Assembly (NCBI GenBank): GCA_045222555.1
Contig: JBGUYY010000072.1
Coordinates: forward strand, 67,347-131,346
Reading direction: 5' to 3'
DNA length: 64,000 bases
From: Bacteroidales bacterium
Lineage (GTDB): Bacteria > Bacteroidota > Bacteroidia > Bacteroidales > WCHB1-69
In this document: positions 19,151 through 31,075 of the stretch, piece by piece
Layout of the letters: each line of letters starts with the position of its first letter
Numbering within the stretch: the first letter of the stretch is position 1
Translations under genes and position numbers: made by a program
Notes under the pieces: model-generated
Databases searched by the model: none
Seen by the model: only the letters and a program-made list of their open reading frames with translations
Told to the model about the DNA's origin: nothing

Positions 19151-20977
19151 ATGATGCGCGGAACGAGAAAGTGTGGTTTGTTGTTGATCTGGGTGTTTCT
19201 GTTCACCCTGCTGGTGCCTTTGGCAGGACAGAACATCTCTGTAACTTCCTTCCGTGCCTTACCGGATGACCTGACGGCACGAGTGGAGCCGATAACCAAC
19301 GAAAACGGAAAGAAATGTGCGCTGGTACGAATTGTGACCACCGAGCGTGGTTTCGAGTTCGACACCGACCTGCTCGGACTTTGCACGGATGTGGATGAGA
19401 GCCATGCTGGTGAGGTGTGGATATGGCTGGCTCCGGGCTCCAACCGTATCACCATCCGCCATGCACAGCTCGGTGTGCTGCGCAATTACATATATCCAGT
19501 TCCTATTGAAAGTGCTTGTGTATATGAGATGGTGCTTGCCACTGGCCGTGTACACTCTTATGTGGAAGAACAGAATCGAAGCAACTTCCTTGCACTTACC
19601 ATCACACCTCCCGAAGCGATGGTGAAGATTGATGGAGAGGTGGTGACCATCGACGACGGTCAGCTGAGCAGTTTGTTGCCAGTAGGAGAACATCGTTACG
19701 AAGCGTATTGTACGCTTTATCATCCGAAGAGCGGCACCTTCACCATACTGCCCGACAAGAAAACGGTGCTTGATTTGGAACTTCTTCCCCATCATGGATT
19801 TCTGCAGGTGCTTTCAGAGCCCGAACAAGATGCCACAGTCTTTGTTGATGGTAGTAAAGTGGGCAGTACTCCGTACCTTTCTGACCGCTTGTCCAGTGGG
19901 GATCACACCGTTCAGGTGGCCAAAAGCATGTACAAGAATGCGACCGCACAGGTGACCGTCAAAGACGGACAAACCTCAGAAGTGGTGCTTGCCCTTGCTC
20001 CGAACTTTGCTGTACCGTATTTCATCTGCAAGGATGAAGAGGCTGAGATTTGGGTAAATGGTGAAAAGAAGGGGACTGGGGAGTGGAGTGGACGGCTGCC
20101 TGTGGGCACCTATCGGGTAGAGGTGCGCAAGGCTTCACATCGTCCCATTGTACGTCAGCTTGTGCTGGAACTGGGTGACAGCACTTCCGTAGTATTGGAC
20201 GCACCCACTCCCATCGAGGGAAATTTGCAGGTGAACAGTACTCCCATCGGGGCCGATATCCTGCTTGACGGTCAGAAGGTGGGTACTACACCCGAAATAC
20301 TGAACCACGTGTTGGTAGGCCGCCATGAATTGAAAGTCACCAAAGAGGGTTTTGTTCCTGATGTGAGCGATGTAACCGTGGAGGAGGGACAGCAGGCAGA
20401 GGTGTCGGTGAAGTTGAACGCTATACGTAGTATGGAACGACCGTTGCCCACCACAGGAGGTGATGCACAGGGAAGGCTACCCAGTACTCCTGCTTTACAA
20501 CGCACGCCTTTGAAGCTATTTTTTACGCTCAATGCCGCTTGTTCTGCCAGTCCGCAGTGGTCTTTCGGTTTCCGGATCGGCACATTGCGATTGTTTGGTG
20601 GGAACATATCACTGATGAGCAACTTCCATTTCAAGGCGTTGCATGCAAAAGAGCCGGAAGAGGGACAACTGTATGTTTTTTCCGAAAAGAAAGCCTCTCG
20701 GTTGGCGGTGACAGCGGGCGTGACCTGCCATCCAGCAACACCAGTGTTGCTCTTCCTAAATGTCGGTTATGGTTTCCGTAGCGTTTGCTACCAGAGTATG
20801 TCCGACAATGAGTATTATCGTTATTCGCCCCATTCCCTGCAAGGGGCAGAGTTGTCAATGGGACTGATGGCGAACATCAGGGGGCTTTTGCTTTCGGTAG
20901 AGGTGGAGACCCTCAATTTCAAATATGTTGAATTTAAATTCGGGATGGGAGGACTGATTAACTTACAAGAAGAATGA
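19151..20977 (+). CDS. PEGA-domain repeat protein (secreted or envelope)
   Basis: 608 aa with a signal peptide. At least three PEGA-like modules (ITPPEAMVKIDGEVV; SEPEQDATVFVDGSKVGSTPY; STPIGADILLDGQKVGTTPE..GRHELKVTKEGF). Beta-rich C-terminal region. Confidence 0.75.
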   Translation: MMRGTRKCGLLLIWVFLFTLLVPLAGQNISVTSFRALPDDLTARVEPITNENGKKCALVRIVTTERGFEFDTDLLGLCTDVDESHAGEVWIWLAPGSNRITIRHAQLGVLRNYIYPVPIESACVYEMVLATGRVHSYVEEQNRSNFLALTITPPEAMVKIDGEVVTIDDGQLSSLLPVGEHRYEAYCTLYHPKSGTFTILPDKKTVLDLELLPHHGFLQVLSEPEQDATVFVDGSKVGSTPYLSDRLSSGDHTVQVAKSMYKNATAQVTVKDGQTSEVVLALAPNFAVPYFICKDEEAEIWVNGEKKGTGEWSGRLPVGTYRVEVRKASHRPIVRQLVLELGDSTSVVLDAPTPIEGNLQVNSTPIGADILLDGQKVGTTPEILNHVLVGRHELKVTKEGFVPDVSDVTVEEGQQAEVSVKLNAIRSMERPLPTTGGDAQGRLPSTPALQRTPLKLFFTLNAACSASPQWSFGFRIGTLRLFGGNISLMSNFHFKALHAKEPEEGQLYVFSEKKASRLAVTAGVTCHPATPVLLFLNVGYGFRSVCYQSMSDNEYYRYSPHSLQGAELSMGLMANIRGLLLSVEVETLNFKYVEFKFGMGGLINLQEE

Positions 20978-21774
20978 TGTGTAAGATGTATTTTATTAGA
21001 GAATTTGCAGGACTGAAGCAGTGGATATGGTTGTTGGCCGGGTTGCTCCTGCTGACGCGGTGCGAGAAGGATCCGGCACCAGGAATCTACAGTGTCTGTG
21101 ACGGAAAATGGGAAACCAGTGATTTGTTGATTCATGATGCAGTAACTGACATTGATGGCAATGAGTATGATGCTGTGCAAATTGGGGAGCAGACATGGAT
21201 GGCTCAGAACTTGCGCACCTGCCGATATGCCGATGGCACTTCCGTTTATCACATAGAGGGAATGGGGGTGAATTATCCGCAGGGATCGGACAGTATGGGT
21301 CTTCATTACAACTGGGTGACGGCGATGCGTGGAGCGAACAGCAGTGATGCCAATCCCAGCTTTGTGCAAGGCATCTGTCCTGACGAGTGGCATTTGCCCA
21401 GCGATGCGGAATGGACGCAGCTAATCGAATATGTGAGCAGCCAAAGTACATACTGGTGTGGCGGAGATAACAGCAGTATCGGAAAGGCACTTGCCTCTTC
21501 TGTGGGATGGACGGAAAGTGGGAACGGATGTGCAGTGGGATACCATGCTGAATTCAATAATGCCACGGGTTTTTCAGCACTTCCCGCAGGGTTTACTGCC
21601 CCCGGATACAATTTTAACCATAACAATATTGGTGAATGCGCCTTCTTTTGGAGTGCTACGGAGTACGATGAGGATCATGCATGGGGACGCGAACTCTACC
21701 CTGCTGAAAGTGGCGTGTACAACAAAGCTAGTGACAAAACGCAGGGACGTTCCGTTCGATGTGTCAAAGATTGA
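20974..21774 (+). CDS. FISUMP (Fibrobacter succinogenes major paralogous) domain protein
   Basis: DIDGNEYDAVQIGEQTWMAQNL, GLHYNW, CPDEWHLPSDAEWTQL, GFSALPAGF, FWSATEY, RSVRCVKD are TIGR02145-type motifs. ATGA start/stop overlap with the PEGA gene. Confidence 0.8.
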   Translation: MMCKMYFIREFAGLKQWIWLLAGLLLLTRCEKDPAPGIYSVCDGKWETSDLLIHDAVTDIDGNEYDAVQIGEQTWMAQNLRTCRYADGTSVYHIEGMGVNYPQGSDSMGLHYNWVTAMRGANSSDANPSFVQGICPDEWHLPSDAEWTQLIEYVSSQSTYWCGGDNSSIGKALASSVGWTESGNGCAVGYHAEFNNATGFSALPAGFTAPGYNFNHNNIGECAFFWSATEYDEDHAWGRELYPAESGVYNKASDKTQGRSVRCVKD

Positions 21775-21859
21775 AGATTTTTTTGTAAATGATAGATTCG
21801 CGTTATTTCATCCCTATTTGTCTTTGTTAACCTAATTATTCATCTTAAAGCTAAAGAAA

Positions 21860-22585
21860 ATGAAAAAGATTGTATGTATGCTCTCCTTTGCATTTTTTGC
21901 CGCCTTGCTGATGGTGTCTATGCCATCATCCTATGCTCAGGTTACAAAGGAGGAAAAAAAAGAGGCAAAAGCGCAGTCTAAGAATCAAAAAAACACCGAG
22001 AGGAACCTGTACAGCAACTCACCGAAGGCTGCCCAAAAATTTGCCAAACAATTGGAAAAGGAGGGATGGAAATCGATGAATCTGCCTATCGCCAAGCAGG
22101 TGGAGACCACTTGGATGAAGATGTATGAGTTGGATCCGCTGACGGGCTACAACCGTTACATCACTGCTACCGAAGAGGCTACAGGCAATTCGTTTGCCGC
22201 TGCACAGGTGCAGACCGACAACATCTGTAAGGTTCGGATAGCAGGTCAGATTCAAACTACTGTGATGTCGGAGGTCAAGTTGGAGTTAGCCAACCACCAG
22301 CTCAGCGCACAAGATGCCGCCTCCATTACCAAAGTCCTGGAAAAAAGCACCAATATGGTGGCGCAAAAACTTGGACGCCTCACCAAAACCATGGAAATAT
22401 ACAAAATCGTAAAAGGCAACTATGTTGTGCGTGTGACAATGGTGTACGACATGAACAAAATCATGGATATGGTAAAGGAGGATGCCATCCAGCAACTCCG
22501 CAAGGAACTGGACGACTGGACACCCGCTTACGAGCAGATGATTGATACGACATTGGAGAATGCCAAAGCTAAAATTTTGCCATAA
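21860..22585 (+). CDS. Secreted hypothetical protein, LPP20-like
   Basis: 241 aa. Signal peptide ..MPSSYAQ and a Lys/Glu-rich linker. The remainder has an LPP20-like helix-plus-beta character (weak call). Confidence 0.4.
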   Translation: MKKIVCMLSFAFFAALLMVSMPSSYAQVTKEEKKEAKAQSKNQKNTERNLYSNSPKAAQKFAKQLEKEGWKSMNLPIAKQVETTWMKMYELDPLTGYNRYITATEEATGNSFAAAQVQTDNICKVRIAGQIQTTVMSEVKLELANHQLSAQDAASITKVLEKSTNMVAQKLGRLTKTMEIYKIVKGNYVVRVTMVYDMNKIMDMVKEDAIQQLRKELDDWTPAYEQMIDTTLENAKAKILP

Positions 22586-22614
22586 TTTATTAATTAAATA
22601 AAAATCAATTAGTT

Positions 22615-23208
22615 ATGAAAAGATTTTTTATCACATTGACATTAGTTGTTGCATGTGCAACCCTGATTTACTCATGCATAGGAAGTGTTGAGAACACAGA
22701 AACCCTTAATACAGAAAATGCTGAAAAACAGTCTAAAGAGGATGGAAAAAAGATCGATTCCACGGAAATAACCCACGGGGATTTTGCGTCAAGGGTATTC
22801 AAGGTTCATACAGTGGATGAATTTGGAGAAGAAACGGATGAAGTGAAAATTGGAATCATGTGCTTAGGAAAGTTTTCCAATTCTGCTACGACCAATTCCG
22901 AAGCCTCCTTGCAAATTGCAGCTTATCCAAACGATAAAAAGATATATTTTGCGTTGTATGAATACAATGACAACACCTCTTCCACTGACGATTTTAGTAT
23001 TACCCTTGAAAATGAGAATGGGGAAACATTGAAGGTCAATGATCGAAATTTTTCCAAAAACTACCAGAAAGTCATAGATTTTATGGGCAACTCCAGTGAT
23101 GTGAAAATCAAGATGAATGAGATTTGCGAATACTGTTCCCGTCCGACTACGGCGGCATTCAGAGTGTACAATCCCAAGGAATTTGTGAAGTTGTTTGACG
23201 AAAATTAA
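22615..23208 (+). CDS. Hypothetical lipoprotein
   Basis: 197 aa. Lipobox LIYSC after a hydrophobic signal. No family recognised. Confidence 0.5.
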   Translation: MKRFFITLTLVVACATLIYSCIGSVENTETLNTENAEKQSKEDGKKIDSTEITHGDFASRVFKVHTVDEFGEETDEVKIGIMCLGKFSNSATTNSEASLQIAAYPNDKKIYFALYEYNDNTSSTDDFSITLENENGETLKVNDRNFSKNYQKVIDFMGNSSDVKIKMNEICEYCSRPTTAAFRVYNPKEFVKLFDEN

Positions 23209-23231
23209 TTGACAAATCATAAGACACTGTC

Positions 23232-24707
23232 ATGAGGAGGTCGCTTTGGTTGAGTTGGTTGTGGGTGGCGCTGTTCCCAGTTTGCTGCTGGGCACAGGTG
23301 GAGGATGATTTCATCCCACAGTCTGATTTTGGGAGCTTTCAGCAACAAATGAACCAAAGGTTCGATCGCTTCCAAGATACAATCAACCACCGATTTGCGA
23401 AGGAGTTGGAGCGACAGTGGATGGAGTATCGAATTTTTACTGGGGAGGAGCAGCCGGTAAGGCCCAAACCGTTGGTGCAGCCTGTTGCCCCGCCCCATCA
23501 TCCTGTCAGCTCTGAGGAACTGCCGGTTGGAGATGTGCTACCGCTGCTGCAAGCATATCCGCAGCCCGCACTGATACAGTCTCCGGAGTTGCCTCCCACT
23601 CCCCAGGCGGGAATGATGCAGTTGCATCCCTCTTTTTTCAGCCAATCTATCACTTGTGATTGCCCTGCGGGTTATAGTGGCCTACAGTTGGCTGGCATCG
23701 ACGAGAAATCGGTGGCAACGTTCTGGATGGCGCTTGCACAAGAAGGGGTGGACTATTTTATTGCCCAGTGCCGCCATTGGGTGGCACAACTGCATCTGAA
23801 CGACTGGGCTGTGTATCAGCTGTCGGAGGCATTGGCGCAACAGCTGTATCCTCATCGGTACAACGAACAGACAGTTACAACGGTCTTCATTGTCAACCAA
23901 TTGGGACTTAAGGCAAAAATTGGCCGATGTAATCAGCAGCTTGTGAGTCTGTTGCCCGTAAATCATACTATTTATTCGCGTTCGTATCTCAGGCTACAGG
24001 ACACCAAGTACTATATTTTCACTTCTGTGGGCACTTCGGTGGAGGTGCAGTCAACCTATACTTACTCGTTGGATTTTCCGTCGGCGCAATCGGTTTTCGA
24101 TATGAACATCCATGAACCGCTGAATTTCGATACTACAGGGGGTGAACATGAGTTTTCCACCCGCTGGCACGGCACAGACATTTCCATCCGTGTGAACAGA
24201 GCGCTGATGGATTTCTATCATGCTTACCCTCAGGTGGAACTGGCTATATATGCCAATGCTGTTCCAGATGCCAAGTGGGCCGCGCAGTTGAAGCAGGCAC
24301 TTTCGCCCATGCTGGAAGGGCGCAACGAGTATGAGGCAACGGAGGTGTTGCTCAGTTTCATGCACCACACTTTTCGCTACGCCAACGACAAAGAGCAGTT
24401 CGGCTACGAAAAAACTTTCTTTTGTGAAGAGAATTTCTTTTATAGTGGCAGCGACTGCGAGGATTTTGCGGTCCTGTTCTCCTATCTGGTGCGGGAACTT
24501 GTCGGCTTGGACGTGGTGCTGCTGGATTACCAGAATCACATTGCTACGGCGGTGCATTTTCACGACCCTTCTGTTGAAGGCGACTTTTATATGCTCAATG
24601 GGAAGAAATATATTGTCTGTGACCCCACCTATTTCGGAGCATCGGTAGGGGAGTCTATGACGAATTATAAAAACGTGAAAGCCAAGTTGATAGAATTGAA
24701 AAAGTAA
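23232..24707 (+). CDS. Secreted protein with C-terminal transglutaminase-like (papain-fold Cys-His-Asp) domain
   Basis: 491 aa with a signal peptide. C-terminal segment ..FFYSGSDCEDFAVLFSYLVRELVGLDVVLL..NHIATAVHF..KYIVCDPTY has the C / H / D spacing of transglutaminase-like cores. Confidence 0.5.
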   Translation: MRRSLWLSWLWVALFPVCCWAQVEDDFIPQSDFGSFQQQMNQRFDRFQDTINHRFAKELERQWMEYRIFTGEEQPVRPKPLVQPVAPPHHPVSSEELPVGDVLPLLQAYPQPALIQSPELPPTPQAGMMQLHPSFFSQSITCDCPAGYSGLQLAGIDEKSVATFWMALAQEGVDYFIAQCRHWVAQLHLNDWAVYQLSEALAQQLYPHRYNEQTVTTVFIVNQLGLKAKIGRCNQQLVSLLPVNHTIYSRSYLRLQDTKYYIFTSVGTSVEVQSTYTYSLDFPSAQSVFDMNIHEPLNFDTTGGEHEFSTRWHGTDISIRVNRALMDFYHAYPQVELAIYANAVPDAKWAAQLKQALSPMLEGRNEYEATEVLLSFMHHTFRYANDKEQFGYEKTFFCEENFFYSGSDCEDFAVLFSYLVRELVGLDVVLLDYQNHIATAVHFHDPSVEGDFYMLNGKKYIVCDPTYFGASVGESMTNYKNVKAKLIELKK

Positions 24708-24717
24708 CCATGTAATT

Positions 24718-26595
24718 ATGATACAGGCCATCAAGCGATTTTTTCTGAGTTTATCTTTTATGGGATTAATGGCTATCCTTGTGGCGCAGACACCGGAACA
24801 AATGGTGCGCATTGTAGAGGACAACCGTATGGAATATTATGTTGGTCATGGTTATGCAGAAGGTTACGAACAGGCGGTGCAGCGGGCCAAAGCCCAGTTG
24901 GTAGAGGATATCGCCGTCTATGTACAATCCCGTACAACGGGAACTGTGTCCACGGAAACAGGCATATCGATGGAGGAACGCATCCACACCTATACCAATA
25001 TGACACAATTGCGTGAAGTTGAGACGGTTTTGGTTTCAGAACGCCCTACTTTTCATGTCTTTTGTTATGTTAAAAAGTCTGTCGTGCAGCAGATGTTTGA
25101 GGAGAGGAAACAGAAAATGAGAAGCTATTTCGATGAGGCCTGCAGGGCGGAGAAAAAGCTGATGATGGCGGAGGGACTTCGCTATTATTATTGGTCGCTG
25201 ATGGTTTTGAAAACCCTTCCTGAGGGCTCACACGAGACGTTCATAGATGATGAAGGACATCTCCAAAATATGCTGCTATGGCTCAATGATCATATCTCGG
25301 AAATTTTAAATAATATTGATTTTAGCCCCGTTACAATTTCAAGCATGGGTGAGTGTTCCACCCTTACCGGGGTGCATGAGCTGAAACAGGTGGAGCTTTT
25401 TGTGACATACCACGGCAGGCCGGTGTCGAATTGTGAGTACCAATACTGGACGGGCAGGGGTTATTCGCAACCAGTACGTGCGAAGGACGGTCGCGGTGTG
25501 GCTGAATTTTGTGGTGATGTGCCGCAACAACTCAGGTTTCGGGTGGAGTATGTTTTTGAAAATGATGCCCGTAACATTGACCCAGAATTGCGCGATATTA
25601 TTGCGATGGAAGGACGGCCTGCGTGGAACGATAATGTGCGCATGGTTGCTTTTGATGCCCCCTCTTTTTCGCAACCCACATCCGAGGTCCATACGGTTTA
25701 TATAGACGAAAAGCCCGAGACTTTCTCGAACTGTGAGGCCATTCAACAGCTTTCAGACGCACAATATGATTCATGCGCTCGACGCATGAATGCAGTGAAA
25801 GATGCTATTGTTGCCAAGGATTTTGAATCTGTGAAGTCCCTCTGCACAATGGGAGGGTGGCAGATGTTCAATTTGATGATGAAAAATGGGAACGCCACTA
25901 TTTTAGGTGATTCGAAGTGGAAATTCATCAGGGTGAGAGGTGAAATTCTGTGCAGAGGATTGTCCGTGAGTTTGAAATATCCGCGTAGCGGGAAAACCAT
26001 TGTGGAAAATGTGGAGTTTAGATTGGATTATAAGACATTAAAAATCAATTCATTGTCATATACACTCAATCAAGAAGCGGAGGATGATATTTTGAACGAA
26101 GAGAAGAAATGGGAGGCAAGCTCGCGGTTTCAGCTGATGCGTTTCCTGCAGGATTATCAGACCGCCTATGCTCTGAAACGGGCTGATTTTCTGGAGAGCA
26201 TTTTTTCAGAAGATGCCCTGATTATCGTAGGGGTGGAGCTGGAACGTGCCCCCAACCTTGAAAATAGGATTCTTCCCACCAACCAGAGTCAATACAAGTT
26301 TACTCAAAAAAGCAAGTCAGAATACATCGACAACTTGCGTCGGATTTTTGCCTCTGCTGAATTTGTAAACTTGCAATTAAAAGACAATGAAATACTTAAG
26401 GTTCCAAACAAGGAGATATACGGAATCCAGATCCGTCAGATTTATACCTCCAGCAGCTATGCTGATCAAGGGTATCTATTTCTCGTTGTTGATCTTCGGG
26501 ATGAGGAACACCCTATCATCCATGTGCGCACATGGCAACCCAACAAGGATCCGGATTTCGGATTTTTTGATCTCAGCAAGTTTACCATTAATTAA
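24718..26595 (+). CDS. Large secreted hypothetical protein (LPP20-like N-terminus, NTF2-like C-terminal region?)
   Basis: 625 aa with a signal peptide. N-terminal YYVGHGYAEGYEQAVQRAKAQLVEDIAVYV resembles LPP20-type domains. No enzyme motif recognised. Confidence 0.4.
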   Translation: MIQAIKRFFLSLSFMGLMAILVAQTPEQMVRIVEDNRMEYYVGHGYAEGYEQAVQRAKAQLVEDIAVYVQSRTTGTVSTETGISMEERIHTYTNMTQLREVETVLVSERPTFHVFCYVKKSVVQQMFEERKQKMRSYFDEACRAEKKLMMAEGLRYYYWSLMVLKTLPEGSHETFIDDEGHLQNMLLWLNDHISEILNNIDFSPVTISSMGECSTLTGVHELKQVELFVTYHGRPVSNCEYQYWTGRGYSQPVRAKDGRGVAEFCGDVPQQLRFRVEYVFENDARNIDPELRDIIAMEGRPAWNDNVRMVAFDAPSFSQPTSEVHTVYIDEKPETFSNCEAIQQLSDAQYDSCARRMNAVKDAIVAKDFESVKSLCTMGGWQMFNLMMKNGNATILGDSKWKFIRVRGEILCRGLSVSLKYPRSGKTIVENVEFRLDYKTLKINSLSYTLNQEAEDDILNEEKKWEASSRFQLMRFLQDYQTAYALKRADFLESIFSEDALIIVGVELERAPNLENRILPTNQSQYKFTQKSKSEYIDNLRRIFASAEFVNLQLKDNEILKVPNKEIYGIQIRQIYTSSSYADQGYLFLVVDLRDEEHPIIHVRTWQPNKDPDFGFFDLSKFTIN

Positions 26596-26730
26596 GAAAC
26601 GAACCTTTTAGCCGCGGGCGAAAAGCATATATCTTGATGAGGTTTGGGTAGAAGCAGGTCTTCATCATTACAACATATTATGATAATTTAGAATTGATCT
26701 CAACAAGAATACGAGAGTAGGATTTTTTTG

Positions 26731-26738
26731 TATTTTTG
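26731..26738 (+). promoter_or_regulatory. -7 box TATTTTTG upstream of the SHOCT-domain gene
   Basis: TAnnTTTG match 52 nt before ATG 26790. Confidence 0.5.
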
Positions 26739-26789
26739 CCAACTGCAAAAAAATAATTTAATAATTCGCAAAACTATAAAAAAATCGAA

Positions 26790-27398
26790 ATGAAGAAAAT
26801 TCTTGTACTTGTCTTATTCGCTAGCAGCATGTTTTCCTATGCGCAAACTGTCACTTACCAAGATCTTCGCGACCATCGTTCGGCAAAGGATCTCACTGGA
26901 AAGAAAGGGGGTGATGACATTACAGCCTACGAAGCTTCGGACGGTGTCACCTACAAGGTGGGCTCCACCATCACCTATGGTTATCCGACCAGCGGGAAAT
27001 ATTATCTCTATTTCAAAGATGTCACGGGCAGTTGGTTAAATGCCTTGACCGATGACGGAGAAACTACAGCAGGTCGTGCAGCTAATCAGGAGGTAGCCGA
27101 GCGTGTGGAGAATCGCGCTGGCGGAGTGGCCACCATCAAGAGAATACAGTGCGTGCCCGTGGATCCATACAATAAGCTGTCCTGCGGATGCAAAATCTAC
27201 CTCGTTTTGAATCGTGGGGGCTTGGCCTGCACCAATTTTGAAGAAGCTATTGCCGTGGGCGAAATTCAAACCCAAATGAAATCCTCTGATGCCGCTCTAC
27301 AAGAGCTGAAAAAGTGGAAGGAGAAATTGGATCTCCAAATCATCACCCAAGAGGAATACGATGCCAAAAAGGCAGAACTAATGAAATATATTGAGTAA
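26790..27398 (+). CDS. Secreted protein with C-terminal SHOCT domain
   Basis: 202 aa. Signal peptide ..FSYAQ. C-terminus LDLQIITQEEYDAKKAELMKYIE fits the SHOCT short C-terminal domain. Confidence 0.55.
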   Translation: MKKILVLVLFASSMFSYAQTVTYQDLRDHRSAKDLTGKKGGDDITAYEASDGVTYKVGSTITYGYPTSGKYYLYFKDVTGSWLNALTDDGETTAGRAANQEVAERVENRAGGVATIKRIQCVPVDPYNKLSCGCKIYLVLNRGGLACTNFEEAIAVGEIQTQMKSSDAALQELKKWKEKLDLQIITQEEYDAKKAELMKYIE

Positions 27399-29768
<2,370 letters not shown>

Positions 29769-29778
29769 AAAATAGTTG

Positions 29779-29786
29779 TATTTTTG
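29779..29786 (+). promoter_or_regulatory. -7 box TATTTTTG upstream of the M28 peptidase gene
   Basis: TAnnTTTG match 26 nt before ATG 29812. Confidence 0.5.
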
Positions 29787-29811
29787 CGCCCCAATTTTAA
29801 TCTTCAAAACC

Positions 29812-31068
29812 ATGAAAAAACTGATTCTTTTCCTGCTGGCATTGATAGCTCTGCAGTTGAATGCACAGGATTTAACCCACTACAAGCAGGTGGTCAAAGA
29901 ACTGACTTCCGAGAAATACCAAGGCCGCGGCTATGCCAAAGGCGGCGCCAACAAGGCGGGAAAATACCTGAAAAATGAGTATAAAAAAGCAGGCGTGGAT
30001 GAGGTGATCTGCCAGCCTTTCACCATTAATATCAATACATTCCCGGGCAAGATGGAGCTGTCGGTGGACGGCCGTGCGCTGACACCGGGCGTGGATTTCT
30101 CTATGCGCGAGTACTCACCGGGTGTGAAGGGTACCTACAAACTCTATTACGTGGACACCAACAATTTCGATGCTGATAAAATGTTCGCCGACTTGGCGAA
30201 GCCGGAGTACAAAGACTGTTTCGTGGTGTGCGACTTCTTTTTCTCCTACAAAAATTATCAGGTTTTCCAAAAGGTGTGGGGCGGAAACAGCTGCACCAAC
30301 GCGGGAATCATCCAGACGTGGGATCCGCTGCTGAAGTTCTACAAGGCGTACGGTGAGAAGGTCTTTGGCAAGCCTGTCATCTGGGCTACCTCCGACTTCC
30401 CGAAGGATGCTCAAAGCATCACCGTCAATATTGAAAACAAATTCCTGAAAGACTATAAACTTTTTAACGTCATTGCCAAGGTGGAAGGCAAGCGGCACGA
30501 TAGCTGCTATGTCTTCACGGCGCACTACGACCATCTCGGTAACCTCGGCAAGGATGTCTATTATGCGGGTGCCAACGACAACGCCTCCGGCACCGCCGCT
30601 ATCGTGACACTGGCGGCCTACTACGCTCAGAACCGTCCCGAGTATGACATGTACTTTATCTCCTTCTCGGGCGAAGATGCCAACCTGCGCGGCTCGGAGT
30701 ATTATGTGGAGCATCCTGTCGTGCCTTTGGCGCAGATCAAGTATTTGTTCAACATCGACATGATTGGCGACAACAATCCGGTGCAGTACTGTGAGGTGAG
30801 CGACGAAGGGCTGCGTGGTTACGATTTGTTAGAGAAGATCAACAAGGAAAAAAGTCTCTTTAAGGGGCTGAACCGTGGGGAGTTGGCCGGCAACAGCGAC
30901 CACTATCCCTTTGCCGTGCGCCATGTGCCGTGCATTCTCTTTGAGAATGAAGAGGGCGATGCTTTCAAGTACTATCACACCACATTCGACACCTACGAGA
31001 ACTTCCTTATCGATTCTTACGAGCCGATTTTCAAGTTGGTGAAGGATTTTGTGGAGAAATATGAATAA
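29812..31068 (+). CDS. M28-family zinc aminopeptidase
   Basis: Start at MKKLILFLLALIALQLNAQ. FTAHYDHLG, GANDNASGTAAIVTLA, FISFSGEDANLRGSEYY and FNIDMIG are M28 metal-ligand motifs. Confidence 0.8.
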   Translation: MKKLILFLLALIALQLNAQDLTHYKQVVKELTSEKYQGRGYAKGGANKAGKYLKNEYKKAGVDEVICQPFTININTFPGKMELSVDGRALTPGVDFSMREYSPGVKGTYKLYYVDTNNFDADKMFADLAKPEYKDCFVVCDFFFSYKNYQVFQKVWGGNSCTNAGIIQTWDPLLKFYKAYGEKVFGKPVIWATSDFPKDAQSITVNIENKFLKDYKLFNVIAKVEGKRHDSCYVFTAHYDHLGNLGKDVYYAGANDNASGTAAIVTLAAYYAQNRPEYDMYFISFSGEDANLRGSEYYVEHPVVPLAQIKYLFNIDMIGDNNPVQYCEVSDEGLRGYDLLEKINKEKSLFKGLNRGELAGNSDHYPFAVRHVPCILFENEEGDAFKYYHTTFDTYENFLIDSYEPIFKLVKDFVEKYE

Positions 31069-31075
31069 TCGATAA

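Noticed and set aside
20974-21774. FISUMP protein as a possible diversity-generating retroelement (DGR) target
   Set aside because: There is no reverse transcriptase gene, no template-repeat/variable-repeat pair and no accessory gene visible anywhere in the window.
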